Origin: a bacterium
Lineage (GTDB): Bacteria; Acidobacteriota; Blastocatellia; Pyrinomonadales; Pyrinomonadaceae
Length of the DNA stretch: 53,518 bases
Reading direction: 5' to 3'
Assembly (NCBI GenBank): GCA_040003675.1
Contig: JBDUCC010000001.1
Location: 1-53,518, forward strand
In this document: positions 38,908 through 46,897 of the stretch, piece by piece
Layout of the letters: every line of letters begins with the position of its first letter
Position numbering within the stretch: the stretch's first letter is position 1
Program-made: the position numbers and the translations under genes
The notes under the pieces: model-generated
Database searches by the model: none
Seen by the model: only the letters and a program-made list of their open reading frames with translations
What the model was told of the DNA's origin: nothing

Positions 38908-39204
38908 TTACAACTTTTCTTCGGGGTCAATTCTAATTTTCATTCGCTGTAAGACCTGAACGTCTTCATCTGTCAGGTCAAGGGTCGCATCGCCACCTTC
39001 TCCGTTTTCTTCGCCGGCGTGAGGTCGCAAACCGATTTCCAGTCGCAAAGTTAGTTCCATTTCATAGCCTGCGTCTCTTAGCCGCTCGATCGCTTCAGCA
39101 ACCTTCGACGAGTTCTCAACCGATTCGTTGATGGCCGTCCCGATCTCGCGAACAATTTCTTTTGCGTCGTCGTCTATTTCCAAAGCTGCACAGCCCTTCG
39201 GCAA
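38908..39204 (-). CDS. small acidic hypothetical protein
   Basis: 98-aa ORF (TTG start) with coding-like composition and no recognisable family. The start is uncertain. Confidence 0.4.
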   Translation of the reverse strand: MPKGCAALEIDDDAKEIVREIGTAINESVENSSKVAEAIERLRDAGYEMELTLRLEIGLRPHAGEENGEGGDATLDLTDEDVQVLQRMKIRIDPEEKL

Positions 39205-39540
39205 AACTCAACCAACCATTCATGCTGTTGTGTTGTTGTCACATGCTACGCGACCATATGGAGAGGGTCAACACACAACTTTCCGACGTCTCGCTTCGCG
39301 CGGGAAGCTTGGCAAACACGTCAGACAGACATTCCTATTGTAGAAAGCCTGGATTTTCTAACTATCATTTTCATTTTCATTTTCCATTTCAGAAACTGCC
39401 CCGACGCTTAAACGTCAGATAAAAATGGAAGTATTTGGAGAAGTGGGGGCTTTAAGGTTGAACTCTGCACCCCGCTCCACTACTCTTGGGTTGAACACCC
39501 CCGCGTTAGCTTAAGAATTATATGAGAGAGGAGTTTTTCT

Positions 39541-40005
39541 ATGCCTGAAGTTGGAGAAACCGCTCCGGATTTCGAGTTGCCAAGTCATTTGGAAAAGGGA
39601 AAGAAGGTAAAGCTCTCGGATTTCCGCGGCAAAAACAATGTGGTGCTGGCGTTTTATCCGCTGGCCTGGACGCCTGTCTGAACGGCGCAGATGCCTGCGT
39701 ACGAGGCCGACCTCGAACGCTTTCAAGGCTATGATGCCCAGGTGCTGGGTATTTCAGTTGACAGCGTGCCGTGTAACACCGCGTGGGCCAAGAGCCTCGG
39801 TTCCTTGTCCTACGATCTCTTGAGCGACTTTCATCCGAAAGGAGAGGTCGCAAAACAATACGGCGCCTATCGCGACAGCGATGGCATAAGCGAGCGTGCT
39901 CTTTTCATTATCAATAAGGAAGGCAAACTCGCTTACAAAGATATTCACAACATTGCAGACCAACCAGACAATGAAGACTTGTTTGAAGTTTTGAGGAAAC
40001 TGTAA
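39541..40005 (+). CDS. AhpE/Bcp-like peroxiredoxin with in-frame TGA (39679-39681) at the peroxidatic Cys position; candidate selenoprotein
   Basis: GAGAGAGGAG-N7-ATG at 39541. 46 codons (..[15 protein letters not shown]) run to the TGA, and the same frame then continues [11 protein letters not shown]...[15 protein letters not shown]...[13 protein letters not shown] to TAA 40003-40005. The track lists only 39691-40005. Confidence 0.7.
39697..39720 (+). promoter_or_regulatory. candidate bacterial SECIS hairpin for the peroxiredoxin TGA
   Basis: GCGT-a-CGAGG / ccga / CCTCG-a-ACGC gives 9 bp with one A-A mismatch. It starts 15 nt after the TGA, and the apical loop contains G. Confidence 0.45.
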
Positions 40006-40014
40006 AGCTAGAGG

Positions 40015-40082
40015 GTCGGATGTCAGAGGTCAGAGGTCAAATGCAGACTTCTGACCTCCGATCTCTGACCTCTGACCTCTGA
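40015..40082. repeat. hairpin of inverted heptamer arrays (tcagagg / cctctga) between the two TGA-containing genes
   Basis: gtcggatgtcagaggtcagaggtca (40015-40039) faces tctgacctccgatctctgacctctgacctctga (40050-40082). Confidence 0.9.
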
Positions 40083-40084
40083 TT

Positions 40085-40813
40085 ATGTCTTTCTCGAGAA
40101 AATGCGTTCCCTTTACACCGTTTGATGGTGAGCTAGCGAAGAGCACTGTGGCATTAGTCACCGCTGGAGGCGTTCATCTCAAAGACCAGGAGGCATTCAA
40201 TATAGCCGATGAGCTTGGCGATCTGACTTATCGCGTAATTCCGGAGGACGTCGATGCGGCTGACCTGGTGGTTACACATCATCATTACGACCACAGCGAT
40301 GCGGACAAAGATATTAATGTCGTGTTCCCGATTGACGTGCTTCGGGATCTTCAGCACGAAGGTTTCATTCGCGGAATCGCAAAGAAGCACGTCGGCTATA
40401 TGGGCTATACCATGCAGCTCAAAGCAATGTACGAAGGAACCGCACGTGAAATCGCCAACGAGATCGACAAAGGGTCGCGCGCCGATGTGGTAGTTCTAAC
40501 GGGTGGTTGACCAAGCGTTTGTCACCGCACGGTCGTAGCGGTTCAGCGGGAAATTGAGATGAGAGGCATACCAACAGTTTTGATAACGGTGAGCCCTGAA
40601 GTCTCGGCGCAAATGCGGCCGCCACGCGCTCTTTATCCAAACGGATTTAAGATCGGCAACAGTTTGGGAAAGCCTAATATGCGCGAACTGCAGTTAAAGG
40701 TCTTGCGTGATGCCTTATCGTTGCTGGCGGAAGACACGCGACCCGGGAAAATCGTTACGCGCGATTATCCTGAGTACGGTGAATATCATGAACCCCCGCG
40801 AGTGAAGACATAG
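40085..40813 (+). CDS. glycine/sarcosine/betaine/D-proline reductase selenoprotein-B (GrdB/PrdB)-like family protein with in-frame TGA at 40508-40510; candidate selenoprotein
   Basis: Track ORFs 40085-40510 and 40559-40813 are in the same frame with no other stop between them. The joined product reads ..ADVVVLTGG-U-PSVCHRTVVAVQREIEMRGIPTVLIT... The N-terminal ALVTAGGVH and HHHYDHSDADKDINVVFPIDVLRDL also fit the family, as I recall it. Confidence 0.65.
40524..40542 (+). promoter_or_regulatory. candidate SECIS hairpin for the GrdB-like TGA
   Basis: ACCGC / acggtcgta / GCGGT starts 13 nt after the TGA, and the loop contains GGUC. Confidence 0.4.
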
Positions 40814-40943
40814 TTTCGAGTTCAGAGTTTCGAGTTTCGAGTTCACGATCCCCTTAGGTAAACTCTGAATCAATTCACGCTAGCACTCGACTTTGATCTG
40901 ATGGTGGCTGACGCCTTTAACTCGAAACTCGAAACTCGAAACT
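40812..40943. repeat. hairpin of inverted heptamer arrays (agtttcg / cgaaact) between the GrdB-like gene and pfkA
   Basis: agtttcgagttcagagtttcgagtttcgagttc (40812-40844) faces aactcgaaactcgaaactcgaaact (40919-40943). It uses the same heptamer as the 3183-3316 element and the 7113-7150 array. Confidence 0.9.
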
Positions 40944-40954
40944 TTTATTAACTT

Positions 40955-42100
40955 ATGCCTGACACGATTGGAATATTAACCGGTGGTGGCGATGCTCCCG
41001 GACTAAACGCTGTGATTCGCGCAGTCGTAACTACGGCTACCGGGCAATACGGCATGAATGTCATCGGCATCGAAGATGGCTTTGAAGGATTGTTAGGCGA
41101 AACCCACACGCGACAGTTAACCACGGCGGATGTCAGGGGGTTACTGCCGCGCGGCGGCACGATTCTCGGTACGCGCAATCGCGGCAGGTTTGTCGAGCGC
41201 GCTGCCAACGGAGTTTCCCAAAAAGTCGAAAGTCTCTACCTCGAAGCAGTGGACAACGTACGGCGCCTGGGCATTGACGCGATAGTAGTGTTGGGCGGGG
41301 AGGGCACCCTGACGATCGCCCACGAGTTTGGCAGGTTTGGTATTCCCGTAGTCGGCGTTCCTAAGACGATTGACAACGATCTCGCTTGTACAGAACTGAC
41401 GTTTGGTTTTATCACTGCACTGGATATTGCTACCGACGCGCTCGATCGCCTGCACACTACCGCAGAGTCACACGACCGCGTGATGATCCTGGAAGTTATG
41501 GGTCGTAACGCCGGTTGGATTGCATTACACTCAGGCATTGCCGGTGGCGCCGACGTAATTCTCATTCCCGAGATTCCTTTTACAATGCAGTCGGTGGCCG
41601 ACAGAATTCGCGCGCGCGACGAGGCTGGTTCCAACTTTAGTATTATTGTCGCTGCTGAGGGTGCGATTGAAACAGGCCACGACTTGATTTACCAGGACAC
41701 GGGCGACCCTCATCATGCACCGCGGCTAGGCGGGATCGGCGCTTATTGTCAACACGAACTGGAAGCGCTAACCGGGAAAGAGGCGCGCTGTGTTGTGTTG
41801 GGCCACCTGCAACGTGGCGGCAGACCGAACGCTTTCGATCGCATGTTGGCAACAAACTATGGCTCGTGTGCGGTGCGCGCAATCGTCGAGGGCAAACAAG
41901 GAGTAATGGTGGCGCTTCAGGCTGGCGATGTAATCACTGTCCCCATCTCTCAGGCGATTGCCAACGTGAAGACAGTGCCGGCCAATGGGCAACTGGTGCG
42001 TACGGCTCGCGACACGGGTATTTCCTTCGGCGCACCCGATGAAGCGCAACATCACCGGCCACATAGCGAAAGTGGCGAGCCTGTCTCATCTTGCCGCTAA
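40955..42100 (+). CDS. pfkA: 6-phosphofructokinase (ATP-dependent type by the GGEG motif)
   Basis: 381 aa with GILTGGGDAPGLNA, VLGGEGTL (Gly at the ATP/PPi discriminator position), PKTIDND and MGRNAG. Confidence 0.85.
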   Translation: MPDTIGILTGGGDAPGLNAVIRAVVTTATGQYGMNVIGIEDGFEGLLGETHTRQLTTADVRGLLPRGGTILGTRNRGRFVERAANGVSQKVESLYLEAVDNVRRLGIDAIVVLGGEGTLTIAHEFGRFGIPVVGVPKTIDNDLACTELTFGFITALDIATDALDRLHTTAESHDRVMILEVMGRNAGWIALHSGIAGGADVILIPEIPFTMQSVADRIRARDEAGSNFSIIVAAEGAIETGHDLIYQDTGDPHHAPRLGGIGAYCQHELEALTGKEARCVVLGHLQRGGRPNAFDRMLATNYGSCAVRAIVEGKQGVMVALQAGDVITVPISQAIANVKTVPANGQLVRTARDTGISFGAPDEAQHHRPHSESGEPVSSCR

Positions 42101-42126
42101 CAGCAACGATAAAGTGAGCAACTAAA

Positions 42127-42609
42127 TTGTCAGTAGAAATTAAGCAAAGATTACAGGGCGAACTTGACGAACTCGAATCCGAGTTGCGAGTTCATCTCCC
42201 CAAAGAAATCAAGCGCGCGTTGGAGTTTGGCGATCTGCGGGAGAATTCGGAGTATCGTGCAGCTCTCGACCGGCAAAACGTGGTGAAAGCCCGCATCGTC
42301 GAATTGCGCCAGCGCATTAGTGAAATCTCCTCAATCGATCTCTCAAAGATATCTCGAGATAAGGCGGGTTATGGCTCTACGCTGCTTCTGTTTGATTCTG
42401 AAAAAGATGAGGAAGTCACTTACCGGCTGGTCACGCCGGAAGAGAGTGATCCCCAGAACGGTTTAATCTCCACCACCTCGCCCGTAGGCAAAAGTCTAAT
42501 GGGCAAGGAGGAAGGCGATGAAGTTGTTGTGCGCACCCCTGCCGGCGCGCGCAATTTCGAAGTGAGACACCTGACCACTATTCACACTGAAATGGAAAAC
42601 AAAGGTTGA
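42127..42609 (+). CDS. greA: transcription elongation factor GreA
   Basis: 160 aa with a TTG start. It has a coiled-coil N-terminus with GDLRENSEYRAA and a C-terminal FKBP-like domain (VTYRLVTPEESD..ISTTSPVGKSLMG). Confidence 0.85.
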   Translation: MSVEIKQRLQGELDELESELRVHLPKEIKRALEFGDLRENSEYRAALDRQNVVKARIVELRQRISEISSIDLSKISRDKAGYGSTLLLFDSEKDEEVTYRLVTPEESDPQNGLISTTSPVGKSLMGKEEGDEVVVRTPAGARNFEVRHLTTIHTEMENKG

Positions 42610-42742
42610 CCTTCGCGGTCGCATCATTACCTCCAAACCTTGCGCCGGTTTACACCCACACCTAAACTTCCGTCTTGTTTTAAGAAAAGCTGTAATGATC
42701 GTAAAGTATTGGGCATAATATTCCTTTGGAGAACCTGACCTA

Positions 42743-43462
42743 ATGTTTGTGAACGGTATTGGCCGCGGCGCGCAGAGAATCATCGATGCGATGGTGCGCT
42801 GGCTTGCCTACGGCCACATCAATCCAAACATTCTAACCGTCATTGGGGTGGCCATAAATGTCGGCTCGGGCCTGCTGTTTGGGCTCGGATACTTTTTTTC
42901 CGCGGGCATAGTTCTTATAGTCGCCAACCTTTTTGACATGCTGGACGGCCAGGTGGCGCGGCTTTCCGGCAGAGTAACCCGTTTCGGCGGCTTCCTGGAT
43001 TCATCGCTTGACAGGCTTTCCGACATGGTCGCATTTGTCGGCTTGATGGTTTTTTACGCCCGCGATACTCAGTTTCACTCAACTCTTAACGTTTTTCTTG
43101 CGGGCGCAGGACTAATGGGGTCGGTTATGGTAAGCTACGCGAGCGCCCGGGCGGAGAGTCTGATTCCTAAATGTGACGTTGGGTTCTTGCGGCGTCCCGA
43201 GCGGGTGGTTCTTTTGATTATCGGCGCCCTGAGCACTCATTCCGGTTCGAGCAACTTCTTCGCTAATCGAATGCCGGCAGTACTGTGGGTACTCGCGATA
43301 GGTTCTTATTGGACCTTCGCGCACCGGATGTATCACACCTGGTATGAGTTGAACAAAGCGCCTATTAATTCTGCAACTGACGAATCGCAAGCGCCGATTT
43401 CCGCATCCAACACCGGGCCTGAACGACGAGCTGAGCAGCCACTGGTACATAAGGCTGGTTAA
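42743..43462 (+). CDS. CDP-alcohol phosphatidyltransferase family protein
   Basis: It has the signature DMLDGQVARLSGRVTRFGGFLDSSLDRLSD (D-x2-DG-x2-AR-x8-G-x3-D-x3-D) and multiple TM segments. Confidence 0.8.
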   Translation: MFVNGIGRGAQRIIDAMVRWLAYGHINPNILTVIGVAINVGSGLLFGLGYFFSAGIVLIVANLFDMLDGQVARLSGRVTRFGGFLDSSLDRLSDMVAFVGLMVFYARDTQFHSTLNVFLAGAGLMGSVMVSYASARAESLIPKCDVGFLRRPERVVLLIIGALSTHSGSSNFFANRMPAVLWVLAIGSYWTFAHRMYHTWYELNKAPINSATDESQAPISASNTGPERRAEQPLVHKAG

Positions 43463-43504
43463 CCCGTCAACCCGAAACGACCAACTGATATCCAGCTATA
43501 GGTA

Positions 43505-44461
43505 TTGAGGTACAAAACACTCGTGACAATCTGCCCCTGTTGTGGTTTTCGATCCGACGCTGAACTGAGTGCCGGCTGCGCCGCTTGTGGCGCGCGCCCG
43601 GTCGGTGAAGCACTTCCCAAACCTGAACATGAACTGCCTTCCTACGGGCGCTCGCTGGTGCTGAGCGTTACGGGGACCTTGTTCGTTCTGGTGTTTCTGA
43701 CGCAAACCTTTTCAGCCCTATCCCAGTTTTCGGCCCGAGGCGCCAAGTCTAATCTGGCGTTCTTGACGATGATCCCTTTCGATCCTTTGTCATGGCTCGC
43801 GGCGGGTGAAACAGCAGCCTGGCGTCTGAAATGGGCCGTCATTCCCTTAACTATTTTTGTTCTGTGGTTCAGCCGCAAACTTTATCAATCGATATCTAAT
43901 TCGCCTGATCGCTTCTGCGGCCTGCGTTATGCTCGCCGCGGCCTGTTTGCTTCCGCAGCTGTTCCCCTTGTCATTCTGATTCTGATTGGCGTGACTGTGC
44001 CGGAACGTTTACGCGCGCGCCAGCTGGGAATTGAAGCGGGACTTAATGCGCAGGCTTATCGTATCGATAGAGCATTTGTTGAATATCGCGAGAAGTTCGG
44101 AAGTTTGCCGGACAATATGAGCGATCTCAGCCGTCTTCCTGACGATGACAACACGCTTACCGCTGCTTTGCAGAATCTTGATGTTTCCGGATACCGGCCC
44201 AGTGCCGAGCTGGCAGCAGTGCCTAAGCAGAAGCCGCAAACGCTCCGGGGTGCTGCTATTCGCAATGCCTCGATTGCCGGCGCGGATGACGCGATTACCG
44301 AACGGCTGTCGTTTACCAATTACGAGCTTCTCTTGCCGGGCGCAGATAGGCAACTAGGCACCGAAGACGATCTAATCCTTCGCGATGGCGTAGTTCACAA
44401 AGCGTCTGAAGCCACCCGTCGCTTGGGGAGCACAACTTTAATCAAGACGCCAAAACGATAA
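43505..44461 (+). CDS. hypothetical membrane protein with N-terminal zinc-ribbon-like CxxC pairs
   Basis: 318 aa. It has CPCCG...CAACG followed by about 4 hydrophobic segments, and no recognised family. The start (TTG 43505) is uncertain. Confidence 0.5.
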   Translation: MRYKTLVTICPCCGFRSDAELSAGCAACGARPVGEALPKPEHELPSYGRSLVLSVTGTLFVLVFLTQTFSALSQFSARGAKSNLAFLTMIPFDPLSWLAAGETAAWRLKWAVIPLTIFVLWFSRKLYQSISNSPDRFCGLRYARRGLFASAAVPLVILILIGVTVPERLRARQLGIEAGLNAQAYRIDRAFVEYREKFGSLPDNMSDLSRLPDDDNTLTAALQNLDVSGYRPSAELAAVPKQKPQTLRGAAIRNASIAGADDAITERLSFTNYELLLPGADRQLGTEDDLILRDGVVHKASEATRRLGSTTLIKTPKR

Positions 44462-44485
44462 ATTTATCTTTGGAACCAATTGGAT

Positions 44486-44520
44486 GGGCGGGCCTGCGTG
44501 CCCGCCCTTTGTGTTTGTGT
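44486..44520 (+). terminator. intrinsic terminator
   Basis: GGGCGGGC-ctgcgt-GCCCGCCC is followed by tttgtgtttgtgt, 25 nt after the stop at 44461. Confidence 0.8.
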
Positions 44521-44598
44521 ATGACTGGAAAGCGCACGTCGCGGCCCTGCTGCGATTTCGATGCCAACCCGCAATCAACGATAATAATGGTAAATTCT

Positions 44599-44624
44599 TT
44601 CTGACTTCTGACTTCTGACTTCTG
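44599..44624. repeat. unpaired heptamer array (ttctgac x3.7) immediately upstream of the biotin carboxylase start
   Basis: ttctgacttctgacttctgacttctg. No inverted partner lies within about 150 nt. It uses the same unit as the right arm at 13118-13156. Confidence 0.85.
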
Positions 44625-44629
44625 GGCGC

Positions 44630-46189
44630 ATGATCCGAAAAATTCTAATTGCCAATCGCGGTGAGATCGCCGTCCGCATAATTCGCGCCTGTCGCGATCT
44701 GAATATCTCGCCGGTGGCGGTTTATTCAGAGGCGGATAGTACGGCGGTCCATGTGGGACTCTGCGCTGAAGCGATCTGCATTGGACCCGCCCCCTCTGTC
44801 GAAAGCTATCTCGACATTTCAAAAATCATTGACGCGGCAAAGAAGACCGGCGCGGACGCGATTCATCCCGGTTATGGTTTTCTTGCCGAAAATGCTGACT
44901 TTGCAGCAGCCGTTGCCGCGGCTGGATTGATATTTATTGGCCCGGGCGTGGAAGCGATGCGGGTAATGGGTTCCAAGACAAGCGCTCGCAGTGCAGCAGT
45001 GGACGCGGGCGTTCCAATCGTTCCCGGTACCGTGGCACCGTTGAATTCTTTTGCAGACGCCGAAGCAACCGCAAAACAATTTGGTTATCCGGTAATGCTT
45101 AAAGCATCTGCGGGAGGCGGCGGCAAAGGCATGCGGTTGGTCACAACCCCGGGAGAGCTGCGGTCGGCTTTTGCTAATGCCAAATCAGAAGCAGCGTCAG
45201 CGTTCGGCGATTCCGCAGTCTACCTGGAGAAAGCAATCGACCGGCCGCGTCATATTGAAATTCAGATCGTCGGCGACAAGCACGGTAATGTGGTCCACTT
45301 GGGAGAGCGCGAATGCTCAATTCAGCGGCGCCATCAGAAGGTGGTTGAAGAGTGCCCATCGCCAATCAACGATCCTTCACTGCGCGAGCAAATGGGTGCG
45401 GCTGCCGTTCAACTGGCGCGTGCTGTGAATTATGTGGGCGCAGGCACGGTGGAGTTTCTGGTAGCCGCCGCCACCCGCGAATTTTTTTTCCTCGAGATGA
45501 ACACCCGTTTACAAGTTGAGCATCCGGTGACCGAATTGGTGACCGGCATCGATATTGTGCGCGAACAGATTACCGTTGCTGATGGCGCGCCGCTTTCGTT
45601 TACGCAGCAGCAGGTTGATTGGCGCGGGCACGCGATCGAGTGCCGCGTTTACGCCGAAGATCCGGAGAATAATTTCTTTCCTTCACCGGGAAAAATCAGT
45701 CATTTGCGAATTCCTGACGGTCCGGGTATCCGCGACGACAGCGGTGTTGAAATCAACTCGGAAGTTTCGATTCATTACGACCCCATGATTTCAAAGCTGG
45801 CGGCCTGGGGCAGCACTCGAGAAGAGGCCATCGATCGCTTGCGGCGCGCGCTTGATGAATACGAAGTGGGTGGCATCAAGACGACGCTTCCCTTCTTCCG
45901 CGAGATCGTTCGCGACGAAGAATTCATCGCCGCCCGATTAGATACCGGATTCATTGGGCGTTTTAACGAGCGACGTGAAGGAGGGCGCGCAGCTGCTTCT
46001 GGGAATGTTGAACGGCAGACGTTACAGGACATCGCGCTGATTGCGGCCGCCGTTCATCACGCGCGATCACAAAAAGAGGCTTCTTCGAGGCCGGTGACCG
46101 AAGGTGGTCAAAGTCGTTGGAAGATGGCGGGACGTACAGCCTTGCTAGTTGAAAGGACCGCAACGCGGGACAGAAAGCTGAAGAAGTAG
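44630..46189 (+). CDS. accC: biotin carboxylase (acyl-CoA carboxylase biotin carboxylase subunit)
   Basis: 519 aa with KILIANRGEIAVRIIRA, an ATP-grasp domain (GGGGKGMR), and EMNTRLQVEHPVTE. A C-terminal tail of about 70 aa follows, and there is no fused biotinyl domain. Confidence 0.9.
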   Translation: MIRKILIANRGEIAVRIIRACRDLNISPVAVYSEADSTAVHVGLCAEAICIGPAPSVESYLDISKIIDAAKKTGADAIHPGYGFLAENADFAAAVAAAGLIFIGPGVEAMRVMGSKTSARSAAVDAGVPIVPGTVAPLNSFADAEATAKQFGYPVMLKASAGGGGKGMRLVTTPGELRSAFANAKSEAASAFGDSAVYLEKAIDRPRHIEIQIVGDKHGNVVHLGERECSIQRRHQKVVEECPSPINDPSLREQMGAAAVQLARAVNYVGAGTVEFLVAAATREFFFLEMNTRLQVEHPVTELVTGIDIVREQITVADGAPLSFTQQQVDWRGHAIECRVYAEDPENNFFPSPGKISHLRIPDGPGIRDDSGVEINSEVSIHYDPMISKLAAWGSTREEAIDRLRRALDEYEVGGIKTTLPFFREIVRDEEFIAARLDTGFIGRFNERREGGRAAASGNVERQTLQDIALIAAAVHHARSQKEASSRPVTEGGQSRWKMAGRTALLVERTATRDRKLKK

Positions 46190-46261
46190 AGATTGAATTT
46201 TATTTTGCCGACTTCGCTGGGTGACAAACCGAGTGCTTTAAAGACGAATGTTGACTTCGCT

Positions 46262-46768
46262 ATGAAACTAAAAGCAAAAGTATCAGGTGAAGACCACGAA
46301 GTTTCATTGAATCTCCACGCGAACAAGGCAACTGCTGAGATCGATGGAAGAGGTTACGAAGTTGAGGTGCGTCCGTTGGCTCGAGGTGAATATCTTTTGC
46401 TGCACGGTACCTCGGTCTACAAATGCCGAGTTCTAAGCAAAGACACCGCGCGCGCCTCTTTTGAAGTTAATCTTCAAGGTCACTCCTACGACATCACGAT
46501 CTCGGATCCGAGGCGCCTTGGCCGCGGCCAGGCGGGCGGGTTACACGATCATGGTGCGGCGGAAATCATTTCGCCGATGCCCGGCAAGGTGGTGCGCGTG
46601 CTGGTCAAGGCCGGGGCAAAGGTTGCAGCAGGCGCGGGAATCATCGTCGTAGAGGCGATGAAGATGCAAAACGAAATGAAAGCGCCAAAGGCAGGGGTAG
46701 TTTTTTTAATCAATGCCGAAGAGGGCGCGACAGTAAACGCAGGTGATGTGCTGGCGGTGATCGAATAA
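46262..46768 (+). CDS. biotin/lipoyl-attachment (biotin carboxyl carrier) protein
   Basis: The C-terminal domain is SPMPGKVVRVLV..G..VVEAMKMQNEMKAPKAGVV, with the biotinyl-Lys in AMKM. ATG 46262 is preferred over TTG 46193. Confidence 0.8.
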   Translation: MKLKAKVSGEDHEVSLNLHANKATAEIDGRGYEVEVRPLARGEYLLLHGTSVYKCRVLSKDTARASFEVNLQGHSYDITISDPRRLGRGQAGGLHDHGAAEIISPMPGKVVRVLVKAGAKVAAGAGIIVVEAMKMQNEMKAPKAGVVFLINAEEGATVNAGDVLAVIE

Positions 46769-46897
46769 GGGATGAAAGCGGAAAGATGAAGGACATCCTA
46801 AAGGATGAAGGCGGAAGGATGAAGGATGAAACGAAGCCCACTGGCGTGTCGCGGGGATCATACTCATCCTTCATCCCTCATCCTTCATCCTTCCGCG
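46769..46897. repeat. hairpin of inverted heptamer arrays (ggatgaa / ttcatcc) upstream of, and overlapping, the HAD gene start
   Basis: Left arrays at 46769-46830 read gggatgaaagcggaaagatgaagg...aaggatgaaggcggaaggatgaaggatgaa. The right array at 46863-46897 reads ctcatccttcatccctcatccttcatccttccgcg. Confidence 0.9.

Noticed and set aside
39366-39390. Short catttt hexamer run (catttt x3 plus ccatttc) upstream of the peroxiredoxin gene
   Set aside because: It has only about 4 units, a 6-nt rather than 7-nt period, and no inverted partner. It is too small to distinguish from chance low-complexity sequence in an AT-rich promoter region.
39679-40510. In-frame TGAs explained by an alternative genetic code (TGA = Trp or Gly)
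   Set aside because: TGA ends several well-defined genes at the expected family C-termini in this window (argC, CsaA-like gene, argD, argF', permease 1, the metalloprotease). Both internal TGAs fall on redox Cys/Sec positions, not Trp or Gly positions.
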